A DNA stretch of 49,829 nt, taken from positions 1-49,829 of the forward strand of contig DATEVP010000139.1 in assembly GCA_035258465.1 (NCBI GenBank), written 5' to 3'. Shown here piece after piece: positions 16,806 to 25,826 of this stretch. A program made the translations under genes and the position numbers. The notes under the pieces were generated by a model. The model was not told the origin of the DNA. It did not search any database and saw only the letters and a program-made list of their open reading frames with translations. This DNA is from Hyphomicrobiaceae bacterium. GTDB taxonomy: Bacteria > Pseudomonadota > Alphaproteobacteria > Rhizobiales > Hyphomicrobiaceae. How positions within the stretch are numbered: position 1 is the stretch's first letter; every line of letters starts with the position of its first letter.

Positions 16806-17012
16806 GGCTCGCCGAAACGCACGCGCCTGACTTCAAGCAGGTCTTGGGGCTGCTCCGGTCGTTCTCGTTTGCGAGCTCGCGCTTGGGCTGCGGAAAGATG
16901 TACGGAGCAGACGTTCCGCGCTAGTGTCACGCCGGTCAAAAAGAACGAGTGACCCGCCTCGCGCGCCTGCATGGCGGCGGCTTCGCTTGGAGCACAGTTT
17001 GGAGTCGGCACG

Positions 17013-18785
17013 ATGAAAATGACGACAGAAGAAGCCTTCGTTAAGACGCTGCAGATGCATGGCATCGACCACGCCTTCGGCATCATCGGCTCGGCGTTCA
17101 TGCCGATCTCGGATCTGTTCCCCAAGGCCGGCATCAAGTTCTGGGACGTCGCCAACGAGATGAATGGCGGCTTCATGTGCGACGGCTACACGCGCGCCAC
17201 GGGCAAGATCGCCATGTGCATTGCCCAGAACGGGCCCGGCATCACCAACTTCGTGACACCGATCAAGACGGCCTACTGGAACCACACGCCGATGCTGCTG
17301 GTCACGCCGCAGGCGGCGAACAAGACCATCGGCCAGGGTGGCTTCCAGGAAGTCGAGCAGATGGCGCTGTTCCGCGACATGGTCTGCTACCAGGAGGAGG
17401 TGCGCGACCCTTCGCGCATCGCCGAGGTTCTGAACCGGGTGATCATCAAGGCAAAGCGCATGTCGGCACCCGCGCAAATCAACGTGCCGCGCGACTACTG
17501 GACCCAGGTCATCGATATCGCATTGCCGGCCATCGTCGAGTTTGCGCGCCCCTCCGGCGGCGCGGAGGCGATCGCACAGGCAGCGAAGCTGCTCTCGGGA
17601 GCGAAGTTCCCTGTGATCCTGTCGGGCGCCGGCGTGGTGCTCGCCGGAGCGATTCCCGATGTCGTGGCGCTCGCCGAGCGGCTCGACGCGCCCGTGTGCA
17701 ACAACTATCAGCACAACGACAGCTTCCCCGGATCTCACCCGCTGGCGTGCGGCCCGCTGGGCTACAATGGCTCCAAGGCGGCAATGGAGCTGATCGCCAA
17801 GGCCGACGTCGTGCTCGCGCTCGGCACGCGGCTCAATCCATTTTCGACGCTGCCCGGCTATGGCATCGACTACTGGCCGAAAACGGCAAAGATCATTCAG
17901 GTGGACATCAACGCCGACCGGATCGGCCTGACCAAGCCGGTGGCAGTCGGCATTTGGGGTGACGCCAAGCTGGTGGCGCGGCAAATCCTGGCCCAGCTGA
18001 CGCCCTCCGCCGGCAACCACGGCCGAGAGGAGCGCAAGGCGCTCATCCACGTGACCAAATCGGCCTGGCAGCAGGCGCTTTCCGGCATGGATCACGAGGA
18101 CGACGATCCCGGCACGACCTGGAACCAGCGTGCGCGCAAGAGGGATCCGCAGCACATGTCGCCGCGCCAGGCCTGGCGTGCGATCCAGGCGGGCTTGCCG
18201 AGGGAAGCAATCATCTCCTCCGACATTGGCAACAACTGCGCCATCGGCAACGCCTACCCGACCTTCGAGCAGGGCCGGAAGTATCTGGCGCCGGGGCTGT
18301 TCGGACCCTGCGGCTACGGCTTCCCGGCGATCATTGGCGCCAAGATCGGCTGCCCCGACGTGCCGGTTGTGGGCTTCGCCGGTGACGGTGCCTTCGGCAT
18401 CGCCATGAGCGAGATGACCTCGATTGGCCGCAAGGAGTATCCGGGCATCACCATGGTCGTCTTCCGCAACTACCAGTGGGGCGCCGAGAAGCGCAACACG
18501 ACGCTCTGGTACGACGACAATTTCGTCGGCACCGAGCTGCATCCGGAGCTGTCGTACGCCAAGGTTGCCGAAGGGTGCGGCCTCAAAGGCGTGACGGCAA
18601 GGACGCCGGCCGAACTCACCGCGGCACTGAAGCAGTCCTGCGAGGACCAGAACAAGCGGATCACCACCTTCATCGAAGTGATCCTGAACCAGGAGCTCGG
18701 CGAGCCGTTCCGTCGCGACGCCATGAAGAAGCCGGTCGTCGTTGCCGGCATCGACAGGGCGGATATGCGGCCGCAGCAGGTCTGA
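17013..18785 (+). CDS. xsc: Sulfoacetaldehyde acetyltransferase (ThDP enzyme)
   Basis: ORF 16971..18785. I place the start at ATG 17013, which gives MKMTTEEAFVKTLQMHGIDHAFGIIGSAFMPISDLF..., the characteristic Xsc N-terminus. The ThDP-binding region is GFAGDGAFGI...N. Length is 590 aa. Confidence 0.9.
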   Translation: MKMTTEEAFVKTLQMHGIDHAFGIIGSAFMPISDLFPKAGIKFWDVANEMNGGFMCDGYTRATGKIAMCIAQNGPGITNFVTPIKTAYWNHTPMLLVTPQAANKTIGQGGFQEVEQMALFRDMVCYQEEVRDPSRIAEVLNRVIIKAKRMSAPAQINVPRDYWTQVIDIALPAIVEFARPSGGAEAIAQAAKLLSGAKFPVILSGAGVVLAGAIPDVVALAERLDAPVCNNYQHNDSFPGSHPLACGPLGYNGSKAAMELIAKADVVLALGTRLNPFSTLPGYGIDYWPKTAKIIQVDINADRIGLTKPVAVGIWGDAKLVARQILAQLTPSAGNHGREERKALIHVTKSAWQQALSGMDHEDDDPGTTWNQRARKRDPQHMSPRQAWRAIQAGLPREAIISSDIGNNCAIGNAYPTFEQGRKYLAPGLFGPCGYGFPAIIGAKIGCPDVPVVGFAGDGAFGIAMSEMTSIGRKEYPGITMVVFRNYQWGAEKRNTTLWYDDNFVGTELHPELSYAKVAEGCGLKGVTARTPAELTAALKQSCEDQNKRITTFIEVILNQELGEPFRRDAMKKPVVVAGIDRADMRPQQV

Positions 18786-18805
18786 GGCTGGTCGCCACCG
18801 CGGCC

Positions 18806-19528
18806 TCAGCCCTTCAATGCGAGCGCCAATCCGCTGGCGGCCGAGATGGCCAGAATGCAGGCCCGTATCAATCGCGCGCTCATCACGCGAATCAACCAGG
18901 GCGAAACCAGATAGCCGATGACAAGCCCCGGTAGGAGCAGGATGCTGGCCAGGAACTCGCGCCATCCGAACAGACCGATGGCGATGAGCGCGAGAAGCGA
19001 GACGGCATTGGCCGCGACGAAGAACGGCAGCAGCGCACTGCGAATGCGGGCCGGGCTTTCGTGCTGATAGATGAGCGCGATCGGGGGAGCGTGGACGCCG
19101 GCAATGGTGCCCATGATGCCGGCCGAGGCGCTCGCCGCCAGAAGCCGCCGCGGGGTAAGGGCCAGCCGGTAGCCGGCTGCGGTGATGGCGACGGCGGCGA
19201 GGACGATGATGCCGAACAGGCGCGGCAGCTGCTGCGCAGGTAGATACGTCAGCAGAGCAGCGGCTATCGCTGTTCCGGCGATGAGGCCGGCAAGCGAGAT
19301 GCCGAGCTCGCGGAAATCGATGTCGGCGCGGAGCCGCCAGCTGGCGGCGCTGGCCAGCAGAAACGAATGCAGCAGAACCGGTCCCGGCACGTATACGGGA
19401 TCGATCAGCGCCAGGATCGGCACGGCGAAAAGATTGAGGCCCATACCGATGGCGGCCTGGGCCGCCGCTCCACCCGCAATGGTGAGATTGGCGAGCAGTG
19501 CGGCCGCAATTGCGCCGATATCGGTCAA
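18806..19528 (-). CDS. TauE/SafE-type anion (sulfite) exporter-like membrane protein
   Basis: ORF 18806..19528 is 240 aa and strongly hydrophobic along its whole length (polytopic). It is convergent with and 20 nt from xsc, which is where tauE sits in known loci. The family call rests partly on context. Confidence 0.65.
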   Translation of the reverse strand: MTDIGAIAAALLANLTIAGGAAAQAAIGMGLNLFAVPILALIDPVYVPGPVLLHSFLLASAASWRLRADIDFRELGISLAGLIAGTAIAAALLTYLPAQQLPRLFGIIVLAAVAITAAGYRLALTPRRLLAASASAGIMGTIAGVHAPPIALIYQHESPARIRSALLPFFVAANAVSLLALIAIGLFGWREFLASILLLPGLVIGYLVSPWLIRVMSARLIRACILAISAASGLALALKG

Positions 19529-19746
19529 AACTTCAGCCCCAGCCGATCAGCTGCCACAGATGTTCTCGCCAAGGGTGTGTTGCCGCCCAGCGACGGCGTA
19601 TGCCTTGATAGGGCTCGCGCAAAGTGCGAGGCTGGACTTGCCCGAACCCGGCCACCCCGGCAGGGAAGCCTGGGGCGACTCGCGCGGATGCTATCGGGGA
19701 CCCCCCAACGACCACAAGTGAATCGCCGCGCCATCGGAGGAAATCC

Positions 19747-20865
19747 ATGCCTATCACCAAGTGGCTCATCGGCAGCCTCGCGGCTCTCGCTCTTGTTGCG
19801 GGCGGCTGGCCTGCCACGACGCTCGCTCAGGACAAGCCCGTCAAGATTCGCATCCAGTCGGTGATCCCGAAGACCGCGGACGAGGTCCGGATGCTCGAGA
19901 TCTTTGCGGAGAACGTCAAAGCGCTGACTAACGGCTCCGTAACCTTCGAGGTGCTGCCGGCGGGCGCCGTCGTCGGCATCAACGAGACGCTCGATGCGGT
20001 CGACAAGGGGCTGATCGAGGGCGGTTTCGCCTGGACGCACTACTGGTCCGGCAAGCATCCGGCCGCCATGCTGTTCGGCTCGCCGATTGCCGGCGCCGGC
20101 GTCGGGCTCGACAACTTCGCTTGGGTGTCCTGGTATCTGAACGGCGGCGGCAAGCAGCTCTACGATCAGCTGTGGATCGAGATGAAGGTCAATGTGAAGG
20201 GCTTCATCCTGCAACCGGTCGGACCGGAGGCGCTCGGCTGGTTCAAAACGCCGATCAGCAGCATGGACGACTTCCGCAAGATGCGGTTCCGCACGCCTCC
20301 CGGCATTCCGGCCGAAAGCTACAAGGAGATGGGCGTGGCGGCGGTCGCCATGGGTGGCGGCGACATTCTGCCCGCGCTCGAGAAGGGCGCGCTCGATGCC
20401 GCCGAGTGGTGCTGTCCCAAGCCCGACATGACCTTCGGCTTCCACAAGGTGCTCAAGCACTACTACATGCAGGGCCTGCACCAGGTGGTGGTCAACGCCG
20501 ACATGTACCTCAACAAGAAGGTATGGGACGGCCTCTCGCCGACCCAGAAGAAGGCAATCGAGGTCTCCGCGGACGCTTCTCTGATGCAGACCGTGGCCTA
20601 CCGCATCGCCGAGAACGGCAAGGCCCTGAAGGAGCTCACCGAGAAGCACGGCGTGCAACTGCACGACACGCCGAAGGACTACTTCGTCGAGTACCAGAAG
20701 GCGACCACCAAGGTGATGGAGAAGTACAAGGCCGAGAACGCCTTCTTCAAGAAGGTGTGGGACTCCATGAAGGAGTTCGCCGACACCTCCGTTCCGTTCT
20801 GGGCGCAGGCGCAGCGCACCAACGCCAACCTCGCCGAAGAGTACGTCAAGACGCTCAAGAAGTAG
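19747..20865 (+). CDS. TRAP transporter substrate-binding protein (DctP superfamily)
   Basis: ORF 19624..20865. I place the start at ATG 19747 (MPITKWLIGSLAALALVAGGWPATTLAQ, a signal peptide), preceded by GGAGGAAA. Confidence 0.85.
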   Translation: MPITKWLIGSLAALALVAGGWPATTLAQDKPVKIRIQSVIPKTADEVRMLEIFAENVKALTNGSVTFEVLPAGAVVGINETLDAVDKGLIEGGFAWTHYWSGKHPAAMLFGSPIAGAGVGLDNFAWVSWYLNGGGKQLYDQLWIEMKVNVKGFILQPVGPEALGWFKTPISSMDDFRKMRFRTPPGIPAESYKEMGVAAVAMGGGDILPALEKGALDAAEWCCPKPDMTFGFHKVLKHYYMQGLHQVVVNADMYLNKKVWDGLSPTQKKAIEVSADASLMQTVAYRIAENGKALKELTEKHGVQLHDTPKDYFVEYQKATTKVMEKYKAENAFFKKVWDSMKEFADTSVPFWAQAQRTNANLAEEYVKTLKK

Positions 20866-20896
20866 CGCCTCACGCACGAGGTAGAGACCGAGCCTG

Positions 20897-20925
20897 AAGG
20901 GCGGGCTGTGGCCCGCTCTTTCTTG
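20897..20925 (+). terminator. Hairpin plus T-rich tail between the TRAP binding-protein and permease genes (partial terminator/attenuator)
   Basis: GCGGGC-tgtg-GCCCGC, extendable by flanking pairs, is followed by TCTTTCTTG. Confidence 0.4.
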
Positions 20926-20981
20926 TGGGCAGACTCGTGCCGCGGCATCGTCGACGAGCACGGGCCCTGGGGAGAAGGGAC

Positions 20982-21584
20982 GTGACGGCAGCGCCAGAAT
21001 TCGTCGATCCGGCGATTGCCGAGCGGCGGACGGGCTCGCCCGGGCAGCTGCCGCCGGACATGCCGCGCTGGATGGCGCGCACCATCACGGTAATCGACAC
21101 GCTCAGCCTGTGGACCGGCAAGCTGGTGGCTTGGCTGATCCTGCCGCTCATCTTCGCCATGGTCTACGAGATCGTGGCCCGGTACTACTTCCTCGCGCCC
21201 ACCATCTGGGCCTACGACCTGAGCCGGATGGTGTACGGCGCCCACTTCATGCTCGGCGCCGCCTACGCCCTGTCCAAGGGCGTGCATATCCGCTCCGACT
21301 TCCTCTATCGCGACTGGTCGGTGAGACGACAGGCCCTCACCGACGCATTCCTCTACATTGTCTGCTATTTCCCTTCGCTGCTGCTGTTCCTCTGGGTCTC
21401 GAGCGACTACGCCTCCACCGCCGTCGTCCGCTGGGAACGCGGCATGGACACCGCCTGGATGCCCTATCTCGGTCCCGTCAAGTCCTGCATCCCGATCGGC
21501 GTCGCCTTCCTCTTGATCCAGGGCGTTTCCGAGCTCTTGAAGTGCTTCTATGCGGTCCGCAGGGGAAGGTGGCCGCAGCAATGA
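20982..21584 (+). CDS. TRAP transporter small permease (DctQ-like)
   Basis: ORF 20925..21584. I prefer GTG 20982, preceded by GGAGAAGGGA (MTAAPEFVDPAIAERR...). Hydrophobic helices follow. The gene overlaps the large permease gene by ATGA. Confidence 0.75.
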   Translation: MTAAPEFVDPAIAERRTGSPGQLPPDMPRWMARTITVIDTLSLWTGKLVAWLILPLIFAMVYEIVARYYFLAPTIWAYDLSRMVYGAHFMLGAAYALSKGVHIRSDFLYRDWSVRRQALTDAFLYIVCYFPSLLLFLWVSSDYASTAVVRWERGMDTAWMPYLGPVKSCIPIGVAFLLIQGVSELLKCFYAVRRGRWPQQ

Positions 21585-22900
21585 GCAACGAATTCATCGG
21601 CCTCATCATGATCGCGGCCATGATTGCCGCGATCTTCGTCGGCTTCCCGATCTCTTTCACGCTGATCTTCCTCGGCATCGCCTTCGGCTACTGGGGCTTC
21701 GGCGAGCTCGTCTTCTATCTGCTCACGCTGAGGTTCAACGAGACCATGATGGAGCAGACGCTCGCCGCCGTGCCGCTGTTCGTGTTCATGGGCATCATGA
21801 TGGAGCAGGCGCGGCTGATGGAGCGCCTGTTCGACTCGGTTCAGCAACTGCTCGCCAACGTACGGGGCTCGTTGTTCCTGGCCGTGATGTTCGTGGCGAC
21901 GATTTTTGCCGCCGCGACCGGCATCGTCGGCGCCTCGGTGACGATCCTCGGCATCATGGCCGGCAAGCCGATGATCCGCTCCGGCTATGACACGAAGCTG
22001 TCTGCCGGCTTGATTTCGGCGGGCGGCACGCTCGGGATTCTGATTCCGCCCAGCGTCATGCTGGTCGTGATGGGTCCCACCATCGAAGTGCCTGTGCCGC
22101 AGCTGTTCGCCGCAGCTCTGCTGCCCGGGATCATGCTGGCCCTGATTTTCACTCTGTACGCAATGGTGCGCTGCTGGATCGATCCGTCGCTGGGCCCGCC
22201 GCTTGCCATGGAATTGCGGACGTCGAGCAAGGCGCAAATCTGGCGTGATTTCTTCTCGGGCCTGGTGCCGCCCTCGGGTCTCGTGCTCGCTTCGCTCGGG
22301 AGCATTTTCTTCGGCTTGGCGACGCCGACGGAAGGCGCGGCCTGCGGCGCCCTGGGCGCCCTGTTGCTCGCACTCGCCTACCGGCAGCTCAGCCTGGAGA
22401 AGCTCAAGGACGCGATGCTCAAGACGCTGGAGATCTCCGTCCTGATCCTGTTCCTGGTGGCGACCTCGAATTTCTTCGGCGCGGTGTTCGCCAGGCTCGG
22501 CACGCCGACCATGCTGACCGAGTACCTGCTGACCCTCGATCTGCCGCGCTATGTCATTCTCGGCCTGATCCTGGCGCTGATCTTCGTGCTCGGCTGGCCG
22601 CTGGAGTGGGTGCCGATCGTGCTGATCGTGGTGCCGTTCCTGCTGCCGCTGGTGGCCAAGCTCGGCTTCGACATGACCTGGTTCGGCATCCTGGTGGCGG
22701 TCAACCTGCAGACGGCATGGCTTTCTCCTCCGGTCGCGCTGGCCGCCTACTTCCTCAAGGGCGTGGTGCCGCAATGGGAGCTTTCCGATATCTACAAGGG
22801 GATGATGCAGTTCATGGTGCTGCAACTCTTGGGGTTGGCCCTGCTCATGATCTTCCCGGAGATTGCGCTCTGGCTGCCCCGGCTGATGTACGGGAACTAG
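21581..22900 (+). CDS. TRAP transporter large permease (DctM-like)
   Basis: This is the in-frame internal start of ORF 21110..22900 at ATG 21581 (MSNEFIGLIMIAAMIAAIFVGFPISFTLIFLGIAFGYWGF...). It is 439 aa and polytopic. Confidence 0.9.
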   Translation: MSNEFIGLIMIAAMIAAIFVGFPISFTLIFLGIAFGYWGFGELVFYLLTLRFNETMMEQTLAAVPLFVFMGIMMEQARLMERLFDSVQQLLANVRGSLFLAVMFVATIFAAATGIVGASVTILGIMAGKPMIRSGYDTKLSAGLISAGGTLGILIPPSVMLVVMGPTIEVPVPQLFAAALLPGIMLALIFTLYAMVRCWIDPSLGPPLAMELRTSSKAQIWRDFFSGLVPPSGLVLASLGSIFFGLATPTEGAACGALGALLLALAYRQLSLEKLKDAMLKTLEISVLILFLVATSNFFGAVFARLGTPTMLTEYLLTLDLPRYVILGLILALIFVLGWPLEWVPIVLIVVPFLLPLVAKLGFDMTWFGILVAVNLQTAWLSPPVALAAYFLKGVVPQWELSDIYKGMMQFMVLQLLGLALLMIFPEIALWLPRLMYGN

Positions 22901-22909
22901 GCAATACGG

Positions 22910-24355
22910 TCAGGTCTGCTGCAGCTCGAAGGCCTTGATGGCTGGGCGGGCCGCGATCTCCTTGACCAGTGTCAGCAGCGGCGTCTCCAGCAGCGGATAT
23001 TCCGTGGCGATGGGTCCCGCCTGCTTCAGCGCCCGGTATTGGCTGTCGTCGTAGAAGGCGGCGAGCAGCAGATCGTCGTCGGATGCGAATGGACCTCGCG
23101 TCTTCCTGATGCGGGCGAGAGCCGGAGGCACCCGCGCGCCCGGCCGCTCCCTGATCGGCTCTGCACCGCGCGCGATCCTGTCGTAGAGGTTGGGGTCGAT
23201 GCGACCCGCGATCTCGCCATAGCCGCCGCGCACGTAGAGCCGCACCTCGTCGGGCACCGTTTCGTAGCGCTCACGGCCCCGATCGCGGGCCATGACGTTG
23301 AGCAGGGCCTGGGTCACGATGTATTGGGCGAATGGGCTCACCACGATGGGGTAACCGAGATCCTCGCGGACGTGCCAGGCCTCCTCCAGTATCTCATCGA
23401 GACGCCCCTTCAGGCCCATCGTCTCGAGCTGATAGGCGAGGTTCGACACCATGCCGCCCGGGCACTGATGCTGGAAGTGGAACTCGTCGTACTCGTTGGG
23501 AGTGCCGACCGGCTTGCCCTCCTTCTCGGCTATGTAGGCGAGGCGCTCGGCGACTTCCTTGACGGGTGCCAGATCGATCCTGACGTCGTGGCCGCGACGG
23601 CGCAGATTGGCGGTGACGCGTTCGGTCGGGGAATGCGAGACGCCGTTGGCGAGCGTCGAGGTCGCCGTGTGCACCACGTCGACGCCGTGCTCGACGGCTT
23701 GCAGCACCACGTACGGCGCAAGACCGGAGTTGCAGTGCGTGTGGATCTGCAACGGCCGCGCGCCGAGCGCCGCCTTCAGGGCCGGCACCAGGGTCGCCAC
23801 CCGCTCGGGCGTGAGCAGGCCGCTCGCATCCTTGATGAACACGGCATCGACGCCGAGCGCGATCAGCTCGCCGACCTTGCGCACGTAGTAGGCGTCGGTA
23901 TGCACCGGGCTGAAGGTGTAGACGAGGCCCCCCGCCACCCTCAGGCCCGCGCGCTTGCCGGCTTTGATCGGGATCTCGAGATTGCGGACGTCGTTGAGCG
24001 CATCGTAGGGCGTGTGATAGCGCATGCCGTTGGCGACGAAGCGCTCGGCCGCCAGCTCCACGACGTCGTCGGCGAAGAACTCGAAGGTGAAGAGGCTCTG
24101 CCCGCGCGTGTGGATGACGAGCGGCGTATCCTTCACCCAGGACGAGACGAGCCGCATGCGCTCCCAGGGATCCTCGCGCAGATAGCGCACGCAAACGTCG
24201 AACACCGCCCCGCCGACGAGATCGATCGCCTCGAATCCGGCGCGGTCGAGCCTGGGAGCGAGATCGCGCATCATGGCGGTGGTCATGCGCGTCGCCCACA
24301 AGCACTGGTGCGCGTCGCGCAGCGTCACGTCGATCAGGCGAACCGTGCGTGCCAT
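22910..24355 (-). CDS. Biotin-dependent carboxyltransferase subunit (OadA/PycB/transcarboxylase-5S type) lacking a fused biotinyl domain
   Basis: ORF 22910..24538. I place the start at Met 24353-24355 (MARTVRLIDVTLRDAHQCLWATRM...). The HMGL-like TIM barrel shows IKDASGLLTP and HTHCNSGLA. The PYC_OADA region shows HQCPGGMVSNLAYQLETMGL...VREDLGYPIVVSPFAQYIVTQALLNV. It is 481 aa and has no xMKM motif at the C-terminus. Confidence 0.85.
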   Translation of the reverse strand: MARTVRLIDVTLRDAHQCLWATRMTTAMMRDLAPRLDRAGFEAIDLVGGAVFDVCVRYLREDPWERMRLVSSWVKDTPLVIHTRGQSLFTFEFFADDVVELAAERFVANGMRYHTPYDALNDVRNLEIPIKAGKRAGLRVAGGLVYTFSPVHTDAYYVRKVGELIALGVDAVFIKDASGLLTPERVATLVPALKAALGARPLQIHTHCNSGLAPYVVLQAVEHGVDVVHTATSTLANGVSHSPTERVTANLRRRGHDVRIDLAPVKEVAERLAYIAEKEGKPVGTPNEYDEFHFQHQCPGGMVSNLAYQLETMGLKGRLDEILEEAWHVREDLGYPIVVSPFAQYIVTQALLNVMARDRGRERYETVPDEVRLYVRGGYGEIAGRIDPNLYDRIARGAEPIRERPGARVPPALARIRKTRGPFASDDDLLLAAFYDDSQYRALKQAGPIATEYPLLETPLLTLVKEIAARPAIKAFELQQT

Positions 24356-24494
24356 GGAGGGTGTTCGTCCATCCTCTCGCTTGCTCACGCGAGCAAGAAT
24401 GTTTTGCGGCTGGCATGGTGGCGAGGTATGCACTGGGCTGTCAATGATCGCCGAGCCGACCTGCCGTGGTGGGGGCGCTCGAAGGCGGAAGTGC

Positions 24495-24986
24495 ATGGCT
24501 CTGACGTTCAAGGATGTCGCCGAGATCCTGAAGATCATCGACGCCTCGAAATGCGAGGAGGTCGTGATCGAGCTGCAAGGCCTGCGCCTGGTCGTGCGGC
24601 GCGGCAGTCCGCACGGGGCATTGGCACCACGCGCCCGGAACCCCGCGGACGGGGCGTCTGCAACTCACAACTCCGCCAGGACGCTGCCACCTCGATCCGC
24701 GAAAAGCATCGGGGGCGTCGAGGCGGAACTCTCGGTGGCCGAGGGCCACATCGGCGTACGTGCGCCGATGGTTGGCACCTTCTATCGGCGGCCTTCACCC
24801 CAGGAAGGCCCGTTCGTGCAGGTCGGCCAGCACGTCAAGACCGGTGCCCCCTTGTGCATGATCGAAGTGATGAAGCTCTACACGACCATCCCCTCGTCCG
24901 CCGACGGCCTGATCGAGACGATCGCCGTCGAGGATGGATCGGCCGTGGAGTTCGATCAGCTCCTGTTCGTCATCAAGCCCGATTAG
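24495..24986 (+). CDS. Biotin carboxyl carrier protein (AccB-like, 163 aa)
   Basis: This is the internal start of ORF 24273..24986 at ATG 24495 (MALTFKDVAEILKIIDASKCEEVVIELQGLRLVVRR...). The C-terminal biotinyl domain carries CMIEVMKLYTTI. Confidence 0.85.
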   Translation: MALTFKDVAEILKIIDASKCEEVVIELQGLRLVVRRGSPHGALAPRARNPADGASATHNSARTLPPRSAKSIGGVEAELSVAEGHIGVRAPMVGTFYRRPSPQEGPFVQVGQHVKTGAPLCMIEVMKLYTTIPSSADGLIETIAVEDGSAVEFDQLLFVIKPD

Positions 24987-25035
24987 CCGGACGATCCCGG
25001 TGTGACGGGCAGAGGCGCCACATCGGCCCTGGCGC

Positions 25036-25806
25036 CTAACCCGGACCCTCGAGCTCCTCCTCGATCAGACCTCGGATGCGGCGGCGCAGAGCGATGACGT
25101 CCGAGGAATCCTCGGGCCGCGGGCGCGGCAAGTCCACCCTGATGTCGGCCTTGATCGTGCCGGGCCGGCGCGTCATCACCAGGATGCGGTCGGAGAGCGT
25201 GATGGCCTCCTCGATCGAATGCGTAACGAGGATGCACGTCTTGCGCGCGCGCTCCCAGATGCGCACCATTTCCTTTTGCATCAGCGAGCGGTTTTGTGCA
25301 TCGAGCGCGGCGAACGGCTCGTCCATGAGCAGGACTTGCGGGTCCACGGCGAGCGCGCGCGCGATCGACACGCGCTGGCGCATGCCGCCGGAGAGCTGAT
25401 GCGGATAGCGGCGCTCGAAGCCGCCGAGACCGACGAGGGCGACGTATTCCCGCACGATGCGGCGGCGATCCGCCGTCTTGATGTTCTTCATTTCCAGACC
25501 GAACGAGATGTTGTCCTCCACGGTCTGCCAGGGAAATAGCGCATAGTCCTGGAAGATCATGGTGCGTTCCCACCCCGGTTTGCCGACCGGTCTGTCGTCC
25601 AGCAGGATCTCGCCCTCGCTGGGCTGCTCGAAGCCCGCCATCATGCTGAGCAGCGTGGTCTTGCCGCAGCCGGAATGGCCGACGATGGCGCAGAACTCCT
25701 TGTCGGCGACGGAAAAGCTGACGCCCTTCAGCGCGCACACTGGCGGATCGCCTGCGCTGTGGCCGGGGAAGGTCTTGCCGGCGTTGACGGCTGTCAGCAC
25801 GCTCAT
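25036..25806 (-). CDS. ABC transporter ATP-binding protein, NitT/TauT (nitrate/sulfonate/taurine) type
   Basis: This is the in-frame internal Met (25804-25806) of ORF 25036..26535. It has Walker A GHSGCGKTT, signature LSGGMRQR and Walker B LLMDEPF. Confidence 0.9.
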   Translation of the reverse strand: MSVLTAVNAGKTFPGHSAGDPPVCALKGVSFSVADKEFCAIVGHSGCGKTTLLSMMAGFEQPSEGEILLDDRPVGKPGWERTMIFQDYALFPWQTVEDNISFGLEMKNIKTADRRRIVREYVALVGLGGFERRYPHQLSGGMRQRVSIARALAVDPQVLLMDEPFAALDAQNRSLMQKEMVRIWERARKTCILVTHSIEEAITLSDRILVMTRRPGTIKADIRVDLPRPRPEDSSDVIALRRRIRGLIEEELEGPG

Positions 25807-25826
25807 GTGCGTGGCCTCGTCTTTGG

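Noticed and set aside
16833-18965. Very long ORFs on the strand opposite to confidently identified genes: 16833..18965 (710 aa), 8422..9996, 5355..6683, 19525..20961, 21548..22825, 23039..25039, 26736..28304, 29072..30154, 38229..39182
   Set aside because: Their products are Arg/Gly/Ala/Pro/His-rich low-complexity sequences typical of antisense frames in high-GC DNA. Each fully overlaps a gene with clear family motifs on the other strand.
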